Of a DNA stretch of 26,275 nucleotides, positions 12,046 to 23,066 are shown piece after piece (within the stretch, counting starts at the first letter, position 1; the number at the start of each line of letters is the position of its first letter). Below the pieces are notes generated by a model, which ran no database searches, was not told the DNA's origin, and worked only from the letters and a program-made list of their open reading frames with translations. The stretch lies in the NCBI RefSeq assembly GCF_006345805.1, contig NW_021824020.1, positions 1-26,275 of the forward strand, in the 5' to 3' direction. Position numbers and translations under genes: made by a program. This stretch comes from Octopus sinensis (Eukaryota).

Positions 12046-12204
12046 ATAGTTCAATGGCGCCTCGTGACTCCTTACGCTTCAATTTGTTGATAAATTAAAA
12101 ACTATTAACCCATCTATAATTTCTTGTACAATGTCACCTTTCAACCTCTTCTTTATCTTCTTATTCGCGTCTACATCGCATTCAACAATGCGTACAACAC
12201 AAAC

Positions 12205-12305
<101 letters not shown>

Positions 12306-12309
12306 CCTA

Positions 12310-12725
12310 AGAGAGGCAAGTTTTGTCTCGCGAATGCTTAAAAAAAAGATGGGTGAACGTACCAAGGATGGCACGTATGAATGACGAAGCCACCTTGAGC
12401 ATAATCCTATGAACTCAGAAAAATTTAAAACAGTGTTACTTACTTGCTAATAAATGGGTTAACATGTGGCTTTATTGACCGAGGTTACCGTGGTCTTTTC
12501 CGTAGGCTTTTCTTTCCACGGATAAATCTTATCTACTTCCCCCTTTACACCTTGCATCATGACGTTTCTAGGATACACGATCCCTATTGATCGTTTTTTT
12601 CTCTCTTTTTAAGATTCCTTTTGATTAAAAACCTACCCCCTTTTTGTTTTCTTTTTTTTTGTTTTCTCACCCCCCCAAAAAAAAACTCTACTTTGTAATT
12701 TGTCCCCTCTGTGTTCAGCCTGTGT

Positions 12726-12729
<4 letters not shown>
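12310..12729 (+). mobile_element. Tx1/L1-type LINE, short 3' fragment (ORF2 end plus 3' UTR) after a (TATC)n tract
   Basis: Reads ERQVLSRECLKKRWVNVPRMARMNDEATLSIIL*; homologous along its length to 14228-14755; (TATC)n at about 12205-12306. Confidence 0.8.
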
Positions 12730-12773
<44 letters not shown>

Positions 12774-13011
12774 ATATATATATATCTATCTATCTAAAGA
12801 AATCATGCAGATGGATATTTAAATATATCAGTAAAACGTATATAGTAATTTCTTAAACTATATACTGTTATATATAATAATGTGTGCGTGTATGATATAA
12901 CCGACTCTCCCGTCCTATATGTGTGAGTACAAGTATATATGTCATACGTATACATACCTCCCCCCGTCACACACACACATACGTCTGTATATATATTTAT
13001 ATCATATACAT

Positions 13012-13189
13012 AGGGCGCAGGAGTGGCTGCGTGGTAAGTAGCTTGCTTACCAACCACATGGTTCCAGGTTCAGTCCCACTGCGTGGCATCTTGGGCAAGT
13101 GTCTTCTGCTATAGCCCCGGGCCGACCAATGCCTTATGAGAGGATTTGGTAGACGGAAACTGAAAGAAGCCTGTGTATATATGTATATA

Positions 13190-13273
<84 letters not shown>

Positions 13274-13444
13274 TGTGTGTCTGTGTTTGTCCCCCTAGCA
13301 TTGCTTGACAACCGATGCTGGTGTGTTTACGCCCCCGTACTGGACTTACAAAGAATAAGTCCCGGGGTCGATTTGCTCGACTAAAGGCGGTGCTCCAGCA
13401 TGGCCGCAGTCAAATGACTGAAACAAGTAAAAGAGTAAAAGAGT
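13012..13444 (+). mobile_element. SINE family 1 with a deletion in the 3' half
   Basis: Head ggcgcaggagtggctgcgtggtaag and tail (gtaaaaga)n. Confidence 0.92.
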
Positions 13445-13694
13445 AGAGAAATAAATAATGTTTGTAGTAACGACAGAGAATATATTCAATGCCTGATTTA
13501 AAATATATGTAATTTACTTTTGTTTGGCTGGAACCGAATTGATAGATCTGTTTGTTATCCACAATCACACACACACGTACGCACACACATACACACACAC
13601 ATGCACATACACATATACATACATAGCTACATCTATCTGTTTGTCTGTCTGTCCGTTTGTCTATCTACTTATCCATCTATCCATTCATCCATCC

Positions 13695-13782
<88 letters not shown>

Positions 13783-13785
<3 letters not shown>

Positions 13786-14331
13786 AAACGACTTTCGGCC
13801 CGGGACCTATGGACAACTTCCAGAGATCCCTGGCCTGGCGGTGCTACCGAGAAGCGCTACCCGTTCGGGATAAGCTCTATAGGCATGGCTCGAGAAACAC
13901 GGGGCCGACCTGCCCGAGATGCGGGCAGAGCGACGAAACCGCTCTGCACGCAATCGTGCAGTGTCCAGCAATTTCCCACCTGTGGGCTTATGTCGAACGA
14001 CTGCTGTCACGTGTGGGACGTGTCGGTTTATCAGCCGAGTCTATCGTTAATATCGTCACGCCTCCTTCCTTCAAACGGGAAGGAAGAGCTATTTTTATCA
14101 TACTTGTGGCTATGGCGAAGAATGTATCTGGTGGAGACGCGTCTGAAAGGATTAGAGACAAACACTTTCCTCTCTGGTCAATCTCTCATCAACTTCTTCA
14201 AGTATCACTTGAAGAAAAAAAGTGAGAGTAGAGAGGCAAGTTTTGTCTAGTGAATGTTTTAAAAAAGATGGGTGAATGTAGCAAGGATGGCACGTATGAA
14301 TGACGAAGCCACCTTGACTATGATTCTATGA
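13783..14331 (+). pseudogene. LINE ORF2 C-terminal fragment with zf-RVT-like zinc knuckle, frameshifted
   Basis: LAWRCYREALPVRDKLYRHGSRNTGPTCPRCGQSDETALHAIVQCPAISHLW matches the CxxC...HxxxxC motif typical of L1/Tx1 ORF2 ends; frameshifts near 14122 and 14220; stop TGA at 14329-14331. Confidence 0.85.
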
Positions 14332-14766
14332 ACCGTAAAAATTAATACAGAGAGTTGCTTATTTGCAAAAAAAAAAAAAAAAAAAAAAGAATATAACATG
14401 TGACTTCATTGACCGAGTTACCGTGGTCTTTTCCGTAGGCTTTTCTTTCCACGGTAAACCTCACCTGTCCCCCCCTTTACACTTCATATTGACATTTCTG
14501 TGATACGATCCCTATTGATCAATTTTTTTCCTCTCCCCCTTTTTTTTAACCCCCCTTTTTTTTGTCCTCTTTCTCTCCTTTTACGATCCCTTTTGATCGA
14601 CCCCCCCCCCTTTTTTATTTATATTTTTATTTTATTTTATTTTTTCTTATTTTTTATTTTTTTTTTTAATTTTTTTATTTTTTTTTTTTTTTAAACCTTC
14701 AAAAGAAAAGCTCTACCTTGTAATTTGTTCTATCTGTGTGCAGCCCTGTGTGGCTAATAAAGAAAC
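13783..14766 (+). mobile_element. 5'-truncated Tx1/L1-type LINE flanked on both sides by (TATC)n
   Basis: ORF2 C-terminus plus 3' UTR ending in AATAAAGAAAC; (TATC)n at about 13693-13781 and 14768-14808. Confidence 0.85.
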
Positions 14767-14767
14767 A

Positions 14768-14810
<43 letters not shown>

Positions 14811-15144
14811 GTACCTATCTATCTATATAGATCCCTGTACCTCCCTGTCTCTCTGTTTTTGTGTGTCCCTAACTCTCTGCCTATCAAAAAACATACGTCT
14901 AAATGTGTATGTGTGTGCGCACTCAGGCGCGTGTGTATGTGCATGCGTGTTTCTGTATGAGTGCTTCTGTGATTTTCTGGGTACCTTCCTGAGTATGTGC
15001 ACCCGCGCACATATGATTCTATGTGTGTGTGTGTGTTTATGTGTGTGTGTGTGTATGTGTGTGTGTGTGTGTGTATGTATCCTTTCTCGATCTCATTATT
15101 TACATTTCACGCCAAAATCATGACTGGCATATACATTATGAACC

Positions 15145-15545
15145 TGTCAAAAACAACAACAACAACAACAAATACTACAACAACACCAACAACAAAAACT
15201 ACGATGGCGACGATGAAGACGACGACGGCGAGAACGAAAACAGCAGCATCAATGAGCGGATACAAAAACGCCTTACAATAATAAAATCGTCTTTTTTTTT
15301 TCCAAAAAAAAAAAAAATGGATATCAAAAGAAAACTAAAATGTATGAAAAAAAGTTGATGCATCTTCCATTTTTTTTTTCTGTTTTATTACACAATAAAC
15401 GCATTTAACCCTTCGCTCTTTCCCTGATCGGTCTATTGAAGACTTTGAAACATTATTCGAACATTGATGAACAACAACAACAACAACAACAACAATAACA
15501 TCAACAACAACAACAACAACAACAACAATACAACATCAACAAAAA
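15145..15545. repeat. Two (CAA)n/(GAC)n trinucleotide tracts (about 15145-15232 and 15468-15545)
   Basis: Directly visible. Confidence 0.9.
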
Positions 15546-15905
15546 GAAATAACAGTCCGGTTATGTTTAGGAAGTTAGTCACGTGACCTGATGACGTAAT
15601 GATTTAATTTCGTGCAAAGCCTGGATGTTTATCAATTAGGGTCACTCCTAAATTGTTATATTTATATATGTAGTCGTTGACTATCTTCTCTTTTCCACCA
15701 GGCCGCTGGTAGCGATAAATTTCTATTGAATTTTTTGCTACCCTAAATTGACTAATTGATATTTTTCTGATTAATTCTGAGATTGAATCGGCAGTTTATA
15801 TTACTGCTGATAACGTTTGTGGGCGATACGTCTGTCTTGAAATTTTAAGACAGATATCCCGTAGGCATCGATACAGACGCCTCGTGTATATTTGTCTCTC
15901 CCAGG

Positions 15906-16008
15906 TCTTTTACTGATGAAGTGTAACCTATGGTAGATTGGCTTAATTTTATTTTAATTAAGCTAATTTAATCATTAATGACACAGAAACGTTGCAACGT
16001 CTAAAAGA
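15906..16008 (+). ncRNA. Type I hammerhead ribozyme with long stem II extension; predicted cleavage after C16001 (GUC)
   Basis: TCTTTTA(15906-12) CTGATGA(15913-19) A GTGT(15921-24) [56 nt] ACAC(15981-84) A GAAA(15986-89) CGT tgca ACGT C(16001) TAAAAGA(16002-08). Stem I is a perfect 7 bp, stem III 4 bp, stem II 4 bp with an A/A apposition next to the core. Confidence 0.8.
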
Positions 16009-16131
16009 TGAATTAGGTAAATGTTTTTAAATTTTCACCTATTTTCTGAATTACTAACTACTTTGGCGGTGTGAGTTATGGCTGCTCTTTCTCTGGTGGA
16101 CGAATGACCTGTTAGGGTCACTCCTAAATTG

Positions 16132-16184
<53 letters not shown>

Positions 16185-16214
16185 GGAAAAAAAGCAACAA
16201 GAATGGATTAAAAT

Positions 16215-16304
16215 CTCGGTACGATCGTTTCGTACGAGGACATCTTTAATAAGCTACAACAAATGCAGTGAATACAGATGGCTCGTTCGTACTCGTCAGC
16301 CGAA
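16215..16304 (-). ncRNA. Type I hammerhead ribozyme with long stem II extension; predicted cleavage between 16220 and 16219 (GUA)
   Basis: Minus strand: TTCGG CTGACGA GTACGA [49 nt] TCGTAC GAAA CGATCGT A CCGAG. All core nucleotides are canonical, stem II is a perfect 6 bp, stem I has 5 bp (one G-U), and stem III is the palindrome ACGATCGT. Confidence 0.88.
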
Positions 16305-16861
16305 ACATCAGAGAATTCCCAAACATCAAAAGGGTAGATACAAAAGAGGTTGTAAGATTAACTGCATTGAAGAAAGTTCAATTCATGGAGATCCGATGAA
16401 AGGTTTTAAACTTACAGAATTTGTGCATGTCTACATATAGCTCATATTGAATTTTTAATCAAGTGTGTGAAGAAATTTTCGGATACAGTCATGCAAAATT
16501 TCTGAAAATCCGAGTAAGAGGCAAAGTGACTGCCATATCATGTAGAGGAAAGTCTGAGTAAAAGCAAAGTGACTGTCATATCGTGTAGAGGAACAGATTG
16601 TTATTGAAATTTACAAGAATCGCAGATAAGTTCGATTCTTGGAGATCCGATGAAAAGTCTTGAACTTACAGAATATGTGCATGTCCTTATAGTTCGGCGT
16701 TGAGGCGGGTGCGTGTAAGAGCATGTCCTTATAGTGTCGGCGTTGAGGCGGGTGCGTGTAAGAGCGGAGTGTCTGCGGGTGGCACAATTCTTTAGAATTC
16801 ACTTGAATCTCAATACTTAACCGAATATATTATTATATATATATATATAATATATATATAG

Positions 16862-16894
<33 letters not shown>

Positions 16895-16916
16895 CTATAT
16901 ATATTATATTATGTAT

Positions 16917-17081
16917 ACGACGGGCTTCTTTCACTTTCCGTCTGCCAAATCCACTCACAAGACTTTCGTCGGCCTAAACCAATAGTAGAAGACACGTGCC
17001 CAAAGTGTTATGCAGTGGAACTGAGCCCGGGACCACGGGATTGGGAAGTAAGAGTCTTACCACACAGCAACACCTGCGCCT
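16917..17081 (-). mobile_element. SINE family 1, diverged 5' half
   Basis: Reverse complement of the SINE head (ttccgtctgccaaatccactcacaag...cacacagcaacacctgcgcct). Confidence 0.85.
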
Positions 17082-17366
17082 ATTCATAAAAATGTTTAGG
17101 TTTTTGCAGCCATTTTTTTCAAGAATTATTATCATTCATGTTCGTCACTGTTCTTGTTGCTGGTGATGTTGTTTAGCCTTCTGTATGATCCAACGATTAG
17201 AGTGCTCGCCCCCATACCTCTAATCCGGACTTAAATAAGCAAAAATTAAAAAAAGAGATATTGATGCTCAAAGACGACGGGATGGCCACGGTCTGAACGA
17301 CTTTAGAAATAAGTCTGTTCGATAAGTATTTACTCGAAGGTAAACACCACCACCACCACCACCAGA

Positions 17367-17510
17367 CGGGTAAAATGCTCAGCGGTATTTCGCCTGCCTT
17401 TACGTTCGGAGTTGGTATTCCACCGGATCAGCTCTTCCTTTCATTCTTTAGGAGGGGAGTCAATGAAATAAGTACCAGTTGTATACTGGGGTCCATATAT
17501 TCTTTAGTTA
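17367..17510 (+). mobile_element. SINE family 3, decayed
   Basis: Similar to the reverse complement of 25765-26157 (aatgctcagcggtatttcg...ttcattc...aataagtaccagtt...ctgggg). Confidence 0.65.
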
Positions 17511-17591
17511 TGGAACTTTTATCTTTTATCAATTGTAGACGCATGTATATGTGTGTATATATATACACATATACATGTGAGTGTGTGTATG

Positions 17592-17631
<40 letters not shown>

Positions 17632-18288
17632 TTTACATATATACATACAAACATGCATACGTACATATATACATGCATACATACACACATACATACACAC
17701 ATACCATCGGCGTGCACAAACACGCATTCGCACTCAAACTCGTGCTTGTGTGTAACATATCTAGCTAGTTTGAGTAGCTGTTGCCTTCTTCAAAGATTCC
17801 ATGGACTGCTGGGAGTTTCGAACCTCTCAGAAGATTCACCTACGGAAGGATGTCACTAACCTTCTGTAAAAAAAAGTAACTTTCTTGTTGTTCGATAAAC
17901 TCAAGCATTATGATTGATACTTATGATGTATTATCACTTAAGTAGGAACTGTAGTTGAAGCAACGCCAGAGAGACAGACTGATAACTAGGACCATGTTAT
18001 GTTTGATTTTCGACAATTTTAAGACCTACCTCGACAGCCAGCGGTTAATATGCTGTCTTCTCTGCCTTCTTTTTTTTTAATGTTCGACAGTTTTATTCGA
18101 AAAATGATCTGTTTAGATCGAAGCATCATATATAAGGTAAAAAAACAAAACAAAACAAAACAGACAAAAAATAGAAAAAAAAAGAAATAAAATGATAGTT
18201 TATTAAAAACGTATTGTTTCGGCGGCGTTCATGTTTGTGCTCAATTTACTTTACGATGCTTCATATCTCGCAAACCAATTTAAAACCA

Positions 18289-19265
<977 letters not shown>

Positions 19266-19536
19266 TCGGCTTACGTACAAATATACATGCATACAAAATC
19301 TTTTATAGATCTTTTTTTCTGGCTAATTACGCGCAACACATACTGACGATAGGGAGTTAGCTGCGAGAAACGTCAACAATCCGGTTCTGTCTCGTTATGC
19401 AATATTAAAAGTAAAAAAGACGACAACAGGAAAATAGAAAAATGAAAATGAAATCTTTTTGGATGCTTAATTTACTTTTGTGCCTAAATGCTTCTTAGCT
19501 AAAACATCTAGTGTAAAAAATCAAGTGGTTGTAAGT

Positions 19537-20305
19537 ATAGAACTTAACTATGTAGATAATTGTACTTTTTATAAGTGTATTTATAAGTGCTCAGGTTTTA
19601 TTTTTGTTTTCAATTACTCATGGTCGAGACAGAGCTAGGAGTCATCTCTGTTCATATCTACTATGTAGATAATTGTACTTTTTATAAGTGTATTTATAAG
19701 TGGTCAGGTTTTATTTTTGTTTTCAATTACTCATGGTCGAGACAGAGCTAGGAGTCATCTCTGTTCATATAAAGACATCTTAAGTCACTGAAAAAAAACA
19801 AAAGGGCATATAAATAGTTTCATACTTCTTCTGCTAATAGAACTTAACAATGTAGATAATTGTACTTTTTATAAGTGTATTTATAAGTGCTCAGGTTTTA
19901 TTTTTGTTTTCAATTACTCATGGTCGAGACAGAGCTAGGAGTCATCTCTGTTCATATCTACTATGTAGATAATTGTACTTTTTATAAGTGTATTTATAAG
20001 TGGTCAGGTTTTATTTTTGTTTTCAATTACTCATGGTCGAGACAGAGCTAGGAGTCATCTCTGTTCATATAAAGACATCTTAAGTCACTGAAAAAAAAAC
20101 AAAAGGGCATATAAATAGTTTCATACTTCTTCTGCTAATAGAACTTAACAATGTAGATAATTGTACTTTTCATAAGTGTATTTATAAGTGGTCAGGTTTT
20201 ATTTTTGCTTTCAATTACTCATGGTCCAGACAGAGCTAGGAGTCATCTCTGTTCATATAAAGACATCTTAAGTCACTTAAAAAAAACAAAAGGGCATATA
20301 AATAA
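19537..20305. repeat. Near-perfect higher-order tandem array with alternating 113-bp and 187-bp units (300-bp superperiod)
   Basis: Unit starts (c[t/a]atgtagataattgtac) at 19548, 19661, 19848, 19961 and 20149; only a few substitutions between copies. Confidence 0.95.
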
Positions 20306-20349
20306 AAATTAAAACAAAGCAATATAAAACAAAACACTTATCCGACTGA

Positions 20350-20720
20350 TGAGGTCTCCCGCCAACATACTCGTTTCTCCGGTCCACCAACGTGCTACTT
20401 TCTATATCTGTCTTTATTTTTCACTAACCCCTGCTCTTATAAATGTCTGTTCCCTTGTCATTCTCAACGCAGACTTACCTTACTTTCTCACATTTCGTAA
20501 TTTCGTTACCTCTCTTGTGCACACCCACCTTACAAGGATTCAACTAACCACACCCTCCTTTCATTTTTCCTCAGAAATACTTTCTTCTTGGAATATATCC
20601 CAGCCTATGTTTTCCTCTCTTTCATTCAAAAAAATATCAACTACTATGGGGTCAATAATATTGAGGGCCTGGAATGGCTATGGCCACAGGCCCTATTGTC
20701 AGACCAAACCATAAGATGCA
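20350..20720 (+). mobile_element. Decayed 3' end of an L2/CR1-type LINE
   Basis: Fragmentary peptides SRQHTRFS, TNHTLLSFFLR, IPAYVF and QKNINY resemble the usual CR1/L2 ORF2 tail (TRFS...SFFPRT..LWN.LPA.VFP...K.NIN); there are several frameshifts. Confidence 0.45.
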
Positions 20721-20755
20721 TTGTAGTAATGAACGTTTAAGAAAGCATTGTAAAT

Positions 20756-20919
20756 AGGCACAGGAGTGGCTGCGTGGTAAGTAGCTTGCTTACCAGCCAC
20801 ACGGTTCCTGGTTCAGTCCCACTGCGTGGCATCTTGGGCAAGTGTTTTCTACAATAGCCTCGGACCGACCAAAGCCTTGTGAGTGAATCAGTTAGACGGT
20901 AACTGAAAGAAGCTCGTCG

Positions 20920-20976
<57 letters not shown>

Positions 20977-21190
20977 TTGTGTGTCTGTGTTTGTGCCCCC
21001 ACCTTTGTTTGACAACCGACGTTGCTGTGTTTACGTCCCCGTAACTTAGCGGTTGGGCAGAATAGACCGATAAAATTAGTAATAGGCTTACAAAGTATAA
21101 ATCTGGGTTCGATTTGTTTGACTAAAGGCGGTGCTCCAGTATGGCCGCAGTCAAATGACTGAAACAAATAAACGAAATAAAAGAATAAAT
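20756..21190 (+). mobile_element. SINE family 1, full length
   Basis: Head aggcacaggagtggctgcgtggtaag, internal (TA)n(TG)n, matching tail. Confidence 0.92.
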
Positions 21191-21430
21191 AAAATTTACC
21201 GGAGTGAAACTGGAAAATCACTGGATAGCTCGTTGCCGTCCTTAATTGGTAAATTTCAACTGTGTGCGGGCTCAATATCATGGCCCTTGGAATCCTTTAA
21301 CGGAATTTACTCCCATGCCAGGTGTATGAGGGGATGCTGTAAAGTTACTGGATTTTGGTGAAAGACAATACAGGAGGATCATTTAATTATGACTTTATTC
21401 AACATATTTCCCTCTCAGATTCATGTGGAA

Positions 21431-21778
21431 GCACTCCGTCGGTTACGACGATGAGGGTTCCGGTTGATCTGAATCAACGGAACAGCCTGCTCGTGAAATT
21501 AACGTGTAAGTGGCTGAGCACTCCACAGACACGTGTACCCTTAACGTAGTTCTCGGGGATATTCAGCGTGACACAGAGAGTGACAAGGTCGGCCCTTTGA
21601 AATACAGGTACAACAGAAACAGGAAGTAAGAGTGAGAGAAAGTTGTGGTGAAAGAGTACAGCAGGGTTCACCACCACCCCCTGCCGGAGCCTCGTGGGGC
21701 TTTTAGGTGTTTTCGCTCAATAAACACTCACAACGCCCGGTCTGGGAATCGAAACCGCGATCCTATGACCGCGAGTCT
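21431..21778 (-). mobile_element. SINE sharing its 3' tail with family 2 but with a different body and head
   Basis: 21433-21613 is highly similar to 2977-3156; the sequences diverge after gaaatacaggtacaac; tRNA-like B-box remnant (gggaatcgaaacc on +). Confidence 0.8.
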
Positions 21779-21902
21779 CAGATTCATACACATATTGCAA
21801 CGATACTTCAGCTTTTCTAAGCTCTGTAAAAGGAGGATTGGTCCTCCGACCAAGCCTTTCGCAATGTCCTCAAAGCCAGGAACTTTCCAGCGCCCCCTCG
21901 TA
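21775..21902 (-). mobile_element. Internally deleted mariner/Tc1 remnant
   Basis: Minus strand starts with a mariner-like TIR TACGAGGGGGCGCTGGAAAGTTCCTGGCTT (21902-21873) and runs into LQSLEKLKYRCNMCMNL, resembling a mariner transposase C-terminus. Confidence 0.6.
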
Positions 21903-22846
21903 GGCCTCACATCTGAAGTTATCGTTTCTCCTTTCTCCTCTTTGAATATCGGAGACCATCAAAAGATCATTAGATCTATCTTTAATTCTGTGATAAAAAC
22001 CTAAATAAAACATAAACGGAAAACATTCACGTTGAAGCCATGAGTTCGAAACCTACCGAGGTCAAACTTGCTTTTTATTCTTTCGGTGTCAACAAAATAA
22101 AGCACCAATCAAATATCGAAGTCGATGGTATCGACTTTTCTCCCTCCCCTCAAAATTGGTGGTCATGTGATTAAACAAGAAACTATTATTTTCACATCTT
22201 GCAGTTGGAAAATCAAATGAAAGTTGAATGGAAACTTCACAGACGAATCTGCCATAACTATGCAAGAATGGCAAAAAAAAAGAAGAAAAAAAAGAAAAAC
22301 CAGAGATACATTACAGGGGAATCGAGAAAGCAGACAAACTATCGCCTTTAATTTTAAATGTAAAAAGTATAAGGAAATAATTGTGCGTAGAACCACAAAT
22401 AGTAGCGGTATTTCTTTGAGGAGATCATATAGAATATTATGATTGAAGGTCGCAAAAGAGGTCTTAAAATAGAGGCAGAAAACGATCAATTAATAAAATA
22501 TGACAGTATTTCTCCACATTAGCAACAATAAAATCGTTCAGTTCGATATGCAAGTCGTTAACAGTGTTGTGTTGAACATTTCTTTGTAGAATTAAAGTTA
22601 CTCATACAGCCAATCGTTTAAGAAGAGAGAAGCTATAGTCAATAACACTAACGCATTTTATGGAAGACAGTTTTATCATTTTGTATTCACCATCTTAACT
22701 AATTCACCCTGTAATTTGATCGAAAACAGAGACTTGAATTCCATGGAATAGAACTGGTAGCTGCTGTAGCCTTTTCACGCTTCTCTGATTGGCTACTTTT
22801 GCTATTTAACCCCAGGTCAATCCTGATCGCGCAAATGTATGTTTAA

Positions 22847-23066
22847 CCCTTTAGTATTCAGATTACTCTGTCAAATATAAAGCCTATTTAATTACATTGT
22901 TTTAAATTAGTTGTACAGCATCTTGTAACTCTGAGATTTTGATGATGTCCCTGTTTAATTTTAGAATGACATTGTAGGGTAGGTGTGAGAGGTCAGAGCT
23001 GGCTGGTTTGAGCATAAAACAGGAAGGCAATTTTGGCCTGATATGGCCGGTTTAAACACTAAAGGG
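22847..23066. mobile_element. piggyBac-type MITE (220 bp) with TTAA target duplication
   Basis: TTAA(22843-46) CCCTTTAGT ... ACTAAAGGG TTAA(23067-70). Confidence 0.8.

Noticed and set aside
15987-16016. 30-nt microexon candidate (ag|...ETLQRLKDEL...|gt)
   Set aside because: It coincides with the GAAA, stem III and stem I of the hammerhead; there are no partner exons or other gene evidence.
17795-17832. Minus-strand CTGAGAGGTTCGAAACT...AGTC hammerhead-like string
   Set aside because: The core lacks one nucleotide, stem II is 1 bp and stem I does not pair.
19537-20305. CRISPR-like array
   Set aside because: There are no unique spacers, the units are over 100 bp, there are no cas genes, and the context is eukaryotic.
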